A stretch of 64,000 nucleotides of DNA from contig JAZAMN010000049.1 of the NCBI GenBank assembly GCA_036229005.1, positions 64,001-128,000 on the forward strand, written 5' to 3'. Both the position numbers and the translations under genes were made by a program. Position 1 is the stretch's first letter; the number at the start of each line of letters is the position of its first letter. The notes under the pieces were generated by a model that saw nothing but the letters and a program-made list of their open reading frames with translations, ran no database searches and was not told the origin of the DNA. Shown in pieces: positions 38,360 through 48,017 of this stretch. The stretch is from Myxococcota bacterium (GTDB lineage Bacteria > Myxococcota_A > UBA796 > CAJQPC01).

Positions 38360-39649
38360 ATGCCTGCCTTGTTGCTGCTGGCCCACGGCTTCCCCCCGCA
38401 GGAGCTCGGAGGCACCGAGCGCTACACCCAGCGCGTGGCCCAGGGGATGGCCGCCCGCGGCTGGTCCGTCCAGGCCATCGTCGCCACCCGCTCCCCCGGT
38501 CACGCCCAGGCCCAGGTGCTCGTCGAACAGCGCCCCTGGGGCCGCCTGCACCGCGTGGTCAACAACATCCCCTGGCCGCCCCTGAGTCAGGGCGGACACC
38601 ACCCCCTGGTCGCCGGCCGCGTGCGCCGCTTGATGGAGTCCATCGAACACGATCTGGTCCACATCAACCACCTGCTCTTCTTGAGCCCGCGCCTGCCCTT
38701 CCGCGCGCCCACAGTGTTCACCCTCCACGACGCCTGGGGCTGGTGTCCCCGCGCCGGCAGCCTCCTGCACATGGGACAGGCCCCCTGCCCCGGCCCCCAG
38801 GACCAGCGCTGCGCCGCCTGCTACGCCCAGTTCGCCCAGGGCACCCCCCGCCAGGCCGCCCTCGCCCAGGCCGCCTCCGTTGTGGGCAAGGTCGTGGACC
38901 CCCAGCGCCTCCAGTCGCTCTGGCGCCGCCTCCCCAGCGGACTGCGTGCCCGAGCCAACCAGGGCGCCCCCGAGCCCCCCAACCCCCGCCACGCCGCCGA
39001 GCGCCGGGCCACCCACCTGCGCTGCCTGCAGGCCATGGATCTGCGGCTCTCGCCCAGCCGCTTTCTGGGGGAGGAGGCGGAGCTGCAGTCCCTGGGCCCC
39101 GTGGCCCACCACCCCCACGGCGTGGACCTCCCCCACCCCGGGGATCTGGACGCCAGCGAGGTGCGGCGGGGCCTGCTCTTTGTCGGTGCCCTGGCGGCGC
39201 ACAAGGGCCCAGCGCTGGTTCACGCGGCCTGGGACAGCCTGTCCTCGTCGGTGCCATTGGCTTTCGTGGGGCCCGAGACGGACCCGAGCGCGGTGGTGGG
39301 GATCCCGGCTTCGATGCGGGAGGGTCCCCTCCCCCCCCAGGAGATCCTGTCGCGCATGGCCCGCGCCCAGGCCCTGGTGATGGGCTCGATCTGGCCGGAG
39401 AACAGCCCGCTGGTGATCCTGGAGGCGCGCGCGGCGGGCACCCCGGTCATCGCGCCCCGCATCGGGGGGATCCCGGAGCTGGTCCAAGAGGGGGTGGACG
39501 GCCTGCTCTACACCCCGGGGGACGTGCAGGACTGCGCCCGCGCGATGGCCCAGGTGCTGGAGCGGGCCGACTGGAGCCCCCGACCGCCCCCCAGCTTCGA
39601 CGCCCACCTGGACACCCTGGAGGCCCACTACCGCTCCCTCTTGGGGTAG
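38360..39649 (+). CDS. Glycosyltransferase family 4 (GT-B)
   Basis: FPPQELGGTERY, TLHD, HKG, WPENSPLVILEA and GGIPELV. Confidence 0.88.
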   Translation: MPALLLLAHGFPPQELGGTERYTQRVAQGMAARGWSVQAIVATRSPGHAQAQVLVEQRPWGRLHRVVNNIPWPPLSQGGHHPLVAGRVRRLMESIEHDLVHINHLLFLSPRLPFRAPTVFTLHDAWGWCPRAGSLLHMGQAPCPGPQDQRCAACYAQFAQGTPRQAALAQAASVVGKVVDPQRLQSLWRRLPSGLRARANQGAPEPPNPRHAAERRATHLRCLQAMDLRLSPSRFLGEEAELQSLGPVAHHPHGVDLPHPGDLDASEVRRGLLFVGALAAHKGPALVHAAWDSLSSSVPLAFVGPETDPSAVVGIPASMREGPLPPQEILSRMARAQALVMGSIWPENSPLVILEARAAGTPVIAPRIGGIPELVQEGVDGLLYTPGDVQDCARAMAQVLERADWSPRPPPSFDAHLDTLEAHYRSLLG

Positions 39650-39673
39650 CTTGCGCGCCCAGCCGGAGACCCC

Positions 39674-40111
39674 ATGGCCGCCCAGCCCGTGACCGACCTG
39701 CACGCCCTCATCGACGCCTACCTGGAGCGCATGGAGCTCGAGCCCCACGCGAGCGAAGACGGGCTCTACATGCTTCGCTACGGCTCCACCGCGGTCGTGA
39801 TCCGCACCCTCAGGGACAGCGAGACGGGCAAGCGCTTTGTGCGCTTCTCGGCCGCGACGCTGATCGACTTCGAGCCCAGCGAGCTGCTCCTGGAGGAGGT
39901 CCTGCGCCTGAACAACGAGGTGCTGTTCGGCAGCTTCAAGGTCTTCCCGGACAACACCCTGAGCTTCTCGGCCACCATCTACGGCGACCACATGGACTTC
40001 GAGGAGTTCGAGACCGCGCTGACCTACGTGATCCGCATCTCCGACGAGTACGACGACATCCTCCAGGCCCTGGCCGGTGGGGACCGCGCCTCGGACCTGT
40101 TGGGCCGCTGA
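39674..40111 (+). CDS. YbjN / type III chaperone-like fold protein
   Basis: Small acidic protein with YGST, LLEEVLRLNNEVLFGSF and ISDEYDDIL. Confidence 0.6.
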   Translation: MAAQPVTDLHALIDAYLERMELEPHASEDGLYMLRYGSTAVVIRTLRDSETGKRFVRFSAATLIDFEPSELLLEEVLRLNNEVLFGSFKVFPDNTLSFSATIYGDHMDFEEFETALTYVIRISDEYDDILQALAGGDRASDLLGR

Positions 40112-41344
40112 TTGCGGGTCCTGCACCTGGCGCACGCCTCCCCGCTGCTGGGGGATCGCGGGGGGACGGAGCTCTACGCTGACGCCTTGGTGCGGGCTCA
40201 AGGGAGCACACTGCTGGTGCCGGATCTGCGCCCCGATGCTCCCCAGGGCCTGCGCCAGCTCGATGACCACGTCTGGGCCGTCGGGATGGCCCCGCCCACC
40301 GACTTCCGACACACCTGGGCCCGCCCGGAGCTCGCCGCCGCCCTGCGCCAGCTCTCCGCCGACCTGCTCCACGTCCACCACCTGGCCCACGGGGATCTGC
40401 AGCTCCCCGCCACCTGCGGCGTGCCCAGCGTGATCACGCTCCACGACTACCACCTGGTCTGCGCCCGGGGTCAGCTCGTCGACGCCCAGCTCCAGCCCTG
40501 CCCCGGCCCCGAGCTCGAGCGCTGCGCCCGCTGCATGGGCCCCCACCTGCGCCTGCGCCCCGGCCTGAGCGCCCTGAGCGCCCTGAGTCGTCGCCTGGGT
40601 CTGCACGAGCGCGCCCGCTCCCAGGCCGCCCGCCTGCCCGTGGATGCCGCCATGAAAGAGCGGATGAAAGCCCGGCTGCAGGCAGGGAGGGCGGCTCTGG
40701 AGTCCGCGCGCATCCGGCTCTCACCCAGCCGGGATCTCGCCCGCCGCGTCACCTCGCTCACCGGTCTGCCCGTCGAGGTCATCGGGTTGCCGCTCGTGGC
40801 CCCCGTACACCCTGCCCCCGACCCGGGCCAGGGCCCCCTGCGCGTGCTCTACCTGGGCGCCCTGCTGCCCACCAAGGGTGTGCACCTGCTCCGGCAGGCC
40901 ATGGAGGGCCTGGACGCCACCCTGGAGGTCTGGGGGCCCGCGCCCGTACACGACGCCGACCCAGAATATGGGCAGCGGGAGATCCAGGCGCTGGGGCCGG
41001 CCTACCGAGGAGTCTTCGACGCGGCGCGCCGCCAGGAGATCCTGGACCGCCACGACCTGCTGGTGGTCCCCTCGACCTGGGAGGAGAACAGCCCCCTGGT
41101 GGTGCGTGAGGCCCTGGCCGCCGGGCTGCGGGTGCTGGCCTCCGACCGGGGCGGGATCCACGAGATCGACCCCCGGATCCAAGGCTTCCCTGCCGGCGAG
41201 CTGCCCGCCCTCCGCGAGGCTCTGCGCCGCGAAGTGCGCACCGGACGGGGCCGCTGGACCCCGCGGGACTTCGGCATGGACGCGCACCTGGAGGCCCTGC
41301 AGGCCCACTACCAGCGAGCGCTCAGCGGCCCTGCGGTAGAGTAG
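40112..41344 (+). CDS. Glycosyltransferase family 4, paralog of 38360
   Basis: GGTELY, TLHDY, TKG and PSTWEENSPLVVREA. Confidence 0.88.
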   Translation: MRVLHLAHASPLLGDRGGTELYADALVRAQGSTLLVPDLRPDAPQGLRQLDDHVWAVGMAPPTDFRHTWARPELAAALRQLSADLLHVHHLAHGDLQLPATCGVPSVITLHDYHLVCARGQLVDAQLQPCPGPELERCARCMGPHLRLRPGLSALSALSRRLGLHERARSQAARLPVDAAMKERMKARLQAGRAALESARIRLSPSRDLARRVTSLTGLPVEVIGLPLVAPVHPAPDPGQGPLRVLYLGALLPTKGVHLLRQAMEGLDATLEVWGPAPVHDADPEYGQREIQALGPAYRGVFDAARRQEILDRHDLLVVPSTWEENSPLVVREALAAGLRVLASDRGGIHEIDPRIQGFPAGELPALREALRREVRTGRGRWTPRDFGMDAHLEALQAHYQRALSGPAVE

Positions 41345-41359
41345 GACAACGAGGTGAGG

Positions 41360-42694
41360 ATGGCCGAGACCCTTCAGATCCCCTCCGGGGCCCAGCTCTC
41401 CGTCGAGGACGGCAAGGTCGCCCTGGTGGCGGAAGGAGACATCGTGCTCGAGGGGCCGATCCGCGGCTCCCTGGCGCGCCTGGAGAGCAAGGGAGGCAGC
41501 GTGCTGCTGCGCGGCCCCCTGCAGATCGATCACGTGACCGGCGACTCGGTGCGCATCGAGGGCCACCTGGTCTGCAAGAGCGTCACCGCGCGCGGGGGCT
41601 CCCTGCAGATGCGCGGGCGCCTGGACGCAGAAGAGGCGGAGGCCATCCAGGGCGACGTGGTCGTGCGCGGCCCCACCCAGGTCGGCACCCTCCGAGCCGG
41701 CGCCACCTTGCGCGTGGACGGCCCCCGGGTCGAGGCCCAGCTCATGACCGCCCCCCTGATCCGCTTCCGCGGCGGCACGGTCAAGGCCCGCGGCGTGGAA
41801 GCCCGCGAGCGCGTCTCCCTGGGCCCCTGCGCGTTCACCATCGAGGTCTGCATCGCCCCCCACGCCGACGTCGACCCCAAGGCGGCCGGGCGGGTCAACG
41901 TGCTGGAGTCCTTCAACGAGCTGGCCAGCAACGCCCTCAAGGGCCGCTTCCGGCTGCAGGAGTACGCCGAGTTCACCGGCATCGACCCCGAGAGCTTCCT
42001 GCGCGAGCGCCACGTGCGCCCCCTGGCCGAGCTGGGTGGCGCCAAGGCCGTGGCCGCCGACGGGGACAACGCGGGTCTGGACGAGGCCGCCCTGCGCGAG
42101 GCCGACGAGCCCACCCACAAGGAGAGCGCCCCCACCCTGGTCGACCAGAACAGCGCGCGCGGCCTGCTGGCCCCGGCCGACGAGGAGATCGAGGAGTTCG
42201 ATCCCCTCCCCCAGATCGCCCAGGCCCAGCCCGTCGAGCAGCCCGAGGTCCTGGAGCTGAGCGACGAGAGCTCCCTGGACGAGCCCACCGCGCCCGACCA
42301 CGTCGTCTCCTTCCACCGCCAGCCGGACGCCCCGGAGCCCGCGCGCGAGGAGATCGAGCCCTTCGACGACTTCGACGCGGGCGACACCCTGGACGGCGAG
42401 AGCAACGCGACCCTGGCCCCGCCGGACGCCCCCACCCTGAACCTGGACGGCAGCCAGCAGGCCATGCTGGACACCACCGTGGCGCGGCTGGTCAAGCGCT
42501 ACCAGGGCGGCGAGCCCCCCGCGATCACCCGCCTGCGCGCCCTGGTCAACAACCAGGAGTACGGCGTGGTCCGCGAGGAGCTCAAGGACCTGTTCAACTC
42601 GGTGGTGCGCGGCCACATCGCTTCGGGCACGCGCCCCCACCCCGAGGTGCTGTCCAGCTTCAACGCCATCCACGAAATGATGAAGCACGCGTGA
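41360..42694 (+). CDS. Hypothetical protein with a bactofilin-like beta-solenoid N-terminus, acidic linker and helical C-terminal domain
   Basis: Repeating G-D/S-V-x-I/L-x-G-x-L units over the first ~180 aa; D/E/P-rich middle. Confidence 0.5.
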   Translation: MAETLQIPSGAQLSVEDGKVALVAEGDIVLEGPIRGSLARLESKGGSVLLRGPLQIDHVTGDSVRIEGHLVCKSVTARGGSLQMRGRLDAEEAEAIQGDVVVRGPTQVGTLRAGATLRVDGPRVEAQLMTAPLIRFRGGTVKARGVEARERVSLGPCAFTIEVCIAPHADVDPKAAGRVNVLESFNELASNALKGRFRLQEYAEFTGIDPESFLRERHVRPLAELGGAKAVAADGDNAGLDEAALREADEPTHKESAPTLVDQNSARGLLAPADEEIEEFDPLPQIAQAQPVEQPEVLELSDESSLDEPTAPDHVVSFHRQPDAPEPAREEIEPFDDFDAGDTLDGESNATLAPPDAPTLNLDGSQQAMLDTTVARLVKRYQGGEPPAITRLRALVNNQEYGVVREELKDLFNSVVRGHIASGTRPHPEVLSSFNAIHEMMKHA

Positions 42695-43923
42695 GCTGGC
42701 TGCTGCTGGCGTGGCTCTCCGCGGCCTCCCTGCAGGACCCGGATCCCCGCGCCCGTGTCCTGGCCTACCGCGAGCTCGCCGAGGCCCAGGACAGCGCCGC
42801 TGCCGTCGAGCAGATCGCCGCAGCGCTCTCCACCGAGTCCGACCCCCAGGTCCGGGCAGCCGGTCAGGACGCCCTCTCCCGCCTGGACCTCAACGTCGAC
42901 CAGCTCGCCGCTCTGCTGGGGGAGAGCGAGGAACCCATCGCCCGCGCTTGGGCAGCCCACTCTCTGGGGCGCCATGGCCCCCTCGGCGTGGATGCACTGC
43001 TGGCCGCAGTCGAGGACACCAGCCCGCAGGTCCGCGGCGAAGTCTACGACGCGCTGGCCCGCAGCGGGGACCCCAGGGCCCTCCAGGCGCTGCGCCGCGC
43101 GGCGGTGAAGGACCCCTCGGCCCTGCTGCGCGAGCGCGCCAGCCAGGCCGCCCTCCAGGTGGTCGGACGCCAGGAGGTGCAGATCAACGCCGAGCTCGCG
43201 CGCCTGGGGCACCCGGATCCCGGAGAGCGCGTGCTGGCCTGCAAGCGCCTGGGACAGGCTGGTGACTGGCGGGCCCTCCAGCCTCTGCTGGACGCCGCCA
43301 AGGCCGGGGACCCCATGGTCCGCGAGGCCGCCATCCTGGCGCTTGGCCAGCTCGGCGACCACCGGGCCGTCCCGGAGCTGGAGGTGCTGGCCACCCAGAC
43401 CAGCGGCAAGCTGCGCTACTCCGCGATCGCCGCCCTGGCCCACCTGGCGGACGAATCCGCCGTGCCCACCCTGACCTCGCTGATGCAGGATCCCGACCCG
43501 GCGACACGACAGCTCGCGGTCCGGGCGGTGAGCTGGACCGATCCCGCGGGGTCAGCAGCCCTCTTCCTCCCCCTGCTGGCGGATCCCGAAGAGGCCGTGC
43601 GCCTGGAGGTCATCGGCGCCCTGGGGCAGAGCAGCGATCCCGAGCGGGCGGCGGCGCTGATCACGGCGCTGGCGGACCCAAGCCCCTTCGCGCGGGCGGA
43701 GGCAGCCCGGCTTCTGGCCCGAGCCGATCACCCCCGCAGCATCGAGGCGCTCACGCCCCTGCTCAAGGATCGGGATCCCTTGGTGCGCCTCTCGGCGGCA
43801 GCGTCTCTGCAGACTCTGGGGGCGACCCAGGCTGCGCCGGCGATCCGGAAGGCGGCGGAGAAGGCCCCGACCGCCGAAGAGAAGGCCACCCTGGAGGCGG
43901 CTGCGGCTGCGCTGGGGGGCTGA
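42691..43923 (+). CDS. HEAT/PBS-lyase repeat protein
   Basis: Repeated D-x-D-P-x-V-R-x-x-A-x-x-A-L-G units; short hydrophobic N-terminus. Confidence 0.85.
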   Translation: MSWLLLAWLSAASLQDPDPRARVLAYRELAEAQDSAAAVEQIAAALSTESDPQVRAAGQDALSRLDLNVDQLAALLGESEEPIARAWAAHSLGRHGPLGVDALLAAVEDTSPQVRGEVYDALARSGDPRALQALRRAAVKDPSALLRERASQAALQVVGRQEVQINAELARLGHPDPGERVLACKRLGQAGDWRALQPLLDAAKAGDPMVREAAILALGQLGDHRAVPELEVLATQTSGKLRYSAIAALAHLADESAVPTLTSLMQDPDPATRQLAVRAVSWTDPAGSAALFLPLLADPEEAVRLEVIGALGQSSDPERAAALITALADPSPFARAEAARLLARADHPRSIEALTPLLKDRDPLVRLSAAASLQTLGATQAAPAIRKAAEKAPTAEEKATLEAAAAALGG

Positions 43924-43929
43924 TTCGGC

Positions 43930-44313
43930 TCAGGCGGCCTCGCTGCTCTCCACGGGCAGATCCCCGGACTCCCAGGCGGCGAGCAGACGGTGCACCGCGC
44001 GTAGATCCGTGGGGGAGAGGCTGTCGAACTGCACGCCCATGCCCGGGATCAGGGGACCGGACTCTTCGGGCGGCACGCACCAGCGGACCACGCCGACCGT
44101 GTCGATGGGCCGATTGCGGGTGGGGATGGACAGGCGCAGCTTGAAGGTGGTGCCGATGGGGAGGGGCTCATCGGTCTGGATGAAGATGCCTCCCAGCGAC
44201 ACGTTCGCCGTGTAGTCGATCAGGAAGTCTTCGACCGCTTCGTACTCCACCATGACCCGGATGGGCATGCGGGCGGCGATGCGGCGCTCTGAGAGCTTGA
44301 GGGCTGCGCTCAT
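43930..44313 (-). CDS. Single-domain PilZ protein (myxobacterial TIGR02266-like)
   Basis: RIAAR (RxxxR), NVSLGG (N/DxSxxG), GVVRW and PGMGVQF. Confidence 0.88.
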   Translation of the reverse strand: MSAALKLSERRIAARMPIRVMVEYEAVEDFLIDYTANVSLGGIFIQTDEPLPIGTTFKLRLSIPTRNRPIDTVGVVRWCVPPEESGPLIPGMGVQFDSLSPTDLRAVHRLLAAWESGDLPVESSEAA

Positions 44314-44400
44314 TGGGGAGCCTCCGTTGGATACCTCCTCGGCTCAAGAGGCCGCCTCGTTGAGGGGTGGACAAAAGGCCGTAAGGGGCTGGACCGGGCC

Positions 44401-44429
44401 TTGCAGACAGAGAGGGGGTCCCCTACACT
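44401..44429 (+). promoter_or_regulatory. sigma70 promoter of the CglB/Glt-like operon
   Basis: TTGCAG-N17-TACACT upstream of ATG 44475. Confidence 0.6.
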
Positions 44430-44474
44430 GCGCCGGTATCCTTGGCAGACGTGCCCCCGATCGAGGCCCCTCCT

Positions 44475-45788
44475 ATGCGCCCAAATCGCTGCGTCAGCGC
44501 AGCCCTCCCCCTGCTCGCTGGCAGCCTGCTCCTCACGAGCTGCAACAGCTACGAGATGTTCCGCCTGGCGGGCTACGAGCAGGCCAGCTTCTCCAACGAC
44601 GCCGACATCGTCTTCATCATCGACAACTCGCCGTCCATGGAGGAGGAGGCCACCGCCCTGGCCCAGAACTTCCAGGTGTTCATCGACACCCTGACGACGG
44701 AAGGGGCGCTGCCTGAGGGCAGCTCCAGCGATGCGGTGGACGCCTACATCCAGTACACCTCCGCGCGCGGGGCCTACCTGGACTACGGGCTGTCGGTGAC
44801 CACCACCTCGGTCGAGGACCCCGGCGGCACGCCGCCGGGTGTGGCCGGCGCATTGGTTGGGGATCCCTCCGTCGTCGAGGACACCGACGAGGACGTCGCG
44901 GGCGCCTTCCAGCGCAACCTGCTCTGCGAGGCCACCTGCTGGAACGAGGCCACGCTGCCCAACGACTTCGAGCTGACCTGCCCGGAGGACGGCTCGGCGC
45001 CGGAGACCCCGGAGTTCATCTCCAAGGAGTACCTGGACTGCCTCTGCGGCGGCATCGACGCCTGGACCGACCACTGCGGCTCCGGCAACGAGGAGCCCCT
45101 GGAGGCCGCCTTCGAGGCGACCTGCCGCGCGGTGGACCCCGAGACCGCTCCCGACGAGTGCGTGGGCGGTGAGTCCGCCCTGGAGAGCGCGGACATCAAC
45201 ACGTCCAACTTCCTGCGCCCCGACTCCACCGTGATCTTCGTGGTGGTCACCGACGAGGGCGACTTCTCCCGGCGCCTCAGCATCGGCGACGAGGACCCCA
45301 GCACCTACCTGGGTCTGATGGATCGCTTCGGCGCCCGCTACCGCTTCGCCATCATCGGCCCCAACCCGGACACCTGCCAGGGTGGCGCCTCCCAGGGCGT
45401 CGAGCGCCTGCAGGCCATGGCCGAGGAGACCGAGGGCTTCTACCGCGTCATCGCGGAGCCCGGCGCCGGCGGCGACTGTGAGGTCGCGGACTTCGCCACC
45501 TACCTGGAGGACCTGGGCGCGCTGCTGAACCAGCTCCTGCTCTCCTTCCCCCTGCAGTCCGTCCCCGACGTGGCCACCCTGCTGGTCTACGTGGACGGCG
45601 AGCAGATCCGCATCGCCACGGACGCCGACTACGCCGACGGCGAAGACGAGCCCTCCTGCGACTGCTGGGAGTACGACGCCTCCGAGAACGCCATCCGCTT
45701 CTACGGCAGCGCCGTCCCTGACTACGGCGACGACGTCGACATCTTCTACAAGCCCCTCGAGGGCCAGCCCCGCACCCTGCCCTTCTGA
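44475..45788 (+). CDS. vWA-domain lipoprotein, CglB-like adhesin
   Basis: Lipobox LTSC; DIVFIIDNSPSMEEE (MIDAS DxSxS); GSGNEEPLEA; FLRPDSTVIFVVVTDEGD; Cys-rich insert. Confidence 0.7.
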   Translation: MRPNRCVSAALPLLAGSLLLTSCNSYEMFRLAGYEQASFSNDADIVFIIDNSPSMEEEATALAQNFQVFIDTLTTEGALPEGSSSDAVDAYIQYTSARGAYLDYGLSVTTTSVEDPGGTPPGVAGALVGDPSVVEDTDEDVAGAFQRNLLCEATCWNEATLPNDFELTCPEDGSAPETPEFISKEYLDCLCGGIDAWTDHCGSGNEEPLEAAFEATCRAVDPETAPDECVGGESALESADINTSNFLRPDSTVIFVVVTDEGDFSRRLSIGDEDPSTYLGLMDRFGARYRFAIIGPNPDTCQGGASQGVERLQAMAEETEGFYRVIAEPGAGGDCEVADFATYLEDLGALLNQLLLSFPLQSVPDVATLLVYVDGEQIRIATDADYADGEDEPSCDCWEYDASENAIRFYGSAVPDYGDDVDIFYKPLEGQPRTLPF

Positions 45789-45796
45789 GACGCAAA

Positions 45797-46456
45797 ATGA
45801 ACCTGCTGCTCGCTGCTGCGCTTTCGGCTTCCCCTGCCCTGGCCCAAGACACCGTGGACCTCGGGACCCTCAAGAACGAGGAGATCTCCGTCGTCCAGAA
45901 GATCCTCTACCCCAAGACCGACCGCTCGGAGATGAGCGTGTCCTTGGGCGTGATCGCCTTCGACCCCTTCCTCTACGCCCCCAAGCTCCAGGGCACCTAC
46001 GGCAAGCACATGTCGGAGACCATGAGCTGGGAGGCCCAGCTTGGTGTGGGCTACGGCCTGCCCAACGCCGCCTACCGCGAGGTCACCAGCGTGGCCTACG
46101 GCCTGAGCCCCGAGACCTACAGGTACCTGGGCAGCCTGACCGCGGGCATCACCTGGTCGCCCATCTACGCCAAGATGAACTGGCAGGGTGAGCGCATCTA
46201 CCACCACGACGTCTACATCCCCATCGTGGGCGGCGTGACGGTGGAGCAGCTCACCTGGGGTGAGAAGTACCTGGCCGTGGCCCCCACCGTGGGCATCGGC
46301 ATCGGCATGCGCGTCTTCCGCGGGGACGACACCGCCATCCGCATCGAGATCCGCGACGACATCATGGCCCAGAGCCGGCAGCAGTCGGGCACCTGGGCCC
46401 TCAAGCAGAACGTGGGTATCCACGTGGGCTTCTCCCGCCTCGGGGAGGCCCAGTGA
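45797..46456 (+). CDS. Small outer-membrane beta-barrel, GltA/GltB/GltH-like
   Basis: Signal peptide; VVQKILYPKTDRSE...DPF, WSPIYAKMN and IRIEIRD; amphipathic strands. Confidence 0.7.
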   Translation: MNLLLAAALSASPALAQDTVDLGTLKNEEISVVQKILYPKTDRSEMSVSLGVIAFDPFLYAPKLQGTYGKHMSETMSWEAQLGVGYGLPNAAYREVTSVAYGLSPETYRYLGSLTAGITWSPIYAKMNWQGERIYHHDVYIPIVGGVTVEQLTWGEKYLAVAPTVGIGIGMRVFRGDDTAIRIEIRDDIMAQSRQQSGTWALKQNVGIHVGFSRLGEAQ

Positions 46457-48000
46457 CCAGTCGGCGCACCATCGGCCTGGGCCTGGTGCTCCTGGCCCTG
46501 CCCTCGCTGGCCCTCGCGCAGGGACGCTCCTCCCGCCGGGGTCAGGACAAGGCAGAGACGGAAGAGGCCGCCCTCTGTGAGAACAGCGAGGAGGTCTTCG
46601 CTCCCTTCGTGACCGAGGTCGCCGCTGGCAACGTGGGCCCCGCCATGGACACCCTGGCGGTGGTCCTCAACAACGGCGAGCTCGCTGGCTGTCACGGCCA
46701 GGCCTGGATCCGCCTGGGTGGCCTGCTGGAGAAGGAGGGCTTCGGCTACGCCGGCGCTCTGGCCTGGTCCGAGGGCATGAAGCTCGACCCCGAGGCCAGC
46801 TCCAAGCAGGTCGTCACCCGCTTCCTGGAGCTCGGCACCGAGGTCGGGGACCAGGCGCTGCTTGAGGAGACCTTCGCCGGGAACGTCGGCTTCGACGCCG
46901 ACAAGGAGACCCGCTCCCACATCGCCTACCTGGGCGCGCGCGGGGCCTACGTGCAGGGCAACTACTCCACCGCCCTGGGCATCCTGGCGCTGGTGGACAT
47001 GAAGGGCCCCGACGCCGAGAAGGCCCTGGCCCTCAAGGGCGTCGTGCTCGCCCAGCAGAACCGCTACAACGACGCCCTGGTCGCCCTGCTCACCGCGCAG
47101 GCGCAGATCAAGGACCCCGAGCTGCTCGACACGGTGAACCTGAACATCGGGCGCACCTACTACGCCTCGGGCAACTACCCCCGGGCCATCGAGTACTACG
47201 CCAAGGTCCGGCGGGAGAGCCACTTCTGGCCCGAGGCCCAGTTCGAGCGCGGGTGGGCCCACTTCCGCATCCAGGACGTCAACGGCGCCCTGGGCATCCT
47301 GCACACGCACACCACCGAGTTCTACGGGGAGTGGTACTTCCCGGAAGCGGAGCTGCTGCGCACCTACAGCCTCTTCCTGATCTGCAAGTTCCCGGAGGCC
47401 AGCTCCGAGATCGACAAGTTCCAGGCCCGGTGGACCCCCTTCCGGGACGACCTGGAGCCCCAGATCGCGGGGATGAGCGCGCAGGACGTGTGGGCCGACG
47501 GCCGCAGCTTCGTGGAGAGCGGCGAGTCCGAGCTGCCCGCCATGGTCATCCGCGACCTGCCCTTCGACAAGACCTTCACCGAGGCCATGTCCAGCGTGGA
47601 CGCCGCCGACAAGGAGCTCTCCCTGCTGGAGGGCCGCTCCGGTGAGTGGGTCAGCTTCGCGCAGGGCATGCTCAAGGAGCGCCGCGACAGCCTGATCCAG
47701 TCCAACGGCCAGCGGGTCAAGGACAGCGTGGAGGCCGACGTGCGCGAGCTCTCGTCCATGCTGACCGACACCGAGATCGCCAAGCTGGACATGCTGCGCC
47801 TGGAGACCAAGCTCTACGAGCAGGCCGCTGAGATCGGGCAGATCCCCGACGCCCAGCGCAAGGCCGAGCGCAAGGAGCGCGTGCGTCGCGGCTACCAGTC
47901 CTGGCCCTACGAGGGCGAGATCTGGGCCGACGAGCTGGGCTACTACCGGGTCAACGCCAAGATGGAGTGCCCCCCGGGCCTGATGCAGTCGGGCAAGTAG
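46453..48000 (+). CDS. gltC: GltC-like periplasmic TPR protein
   Basis: Signal peptide; TPRs (WPEAQFERGWAHF, YFPEAELL..IC); C-terminal WPYEGEIWADELGYY..C motif as I recall it for GltC. Confidence 0.75.
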   Translation: MTSRRTIGLGLVLLALPSLALAQGRSSRRGQDKAETEEAALCENSEEVFAPFVTEVAAGNVGPAMDTLAVVLNNGELAGCHGQAWIRLGGLLEKEGFGYAGALAWSEGMKLDPEASSKQVVTRFLELGTEVGDQALLEETFAGNVGFDADKETRSHIAYLGARGAYVQGNYSTALGILALVDMKGPDAEKALALKGVVLAQQNRYNDALVALLTAQAQIKDPELLDTVNLNIGRTYYASGNYPRAIEYYAKVRRESHFWPEAQFERGWAHFRIQDVNGALGILHTHTTEFYGEWYFPEAELLRTYSLFLICKFPEASSEIDKFQARWTPFRDDLEPQIAGMSAQDVWADGRSFVESGESELPAMVIRDLPFDKTFTEAMSSVDAADKELSLLEGRSGEWVSFAQGMLKERRDSLIQSNGQRVKDSVEADVRELSSMLTDTEIAKLDMLRLETKLYEQAAEIGQIPDAQRKAERKERVRRGYQSWPYEGEIWADELGYYRVNAKMECPPGLMQSGK

Positions 48001-48017
48001 CCGACAGCGCTTCTCTC

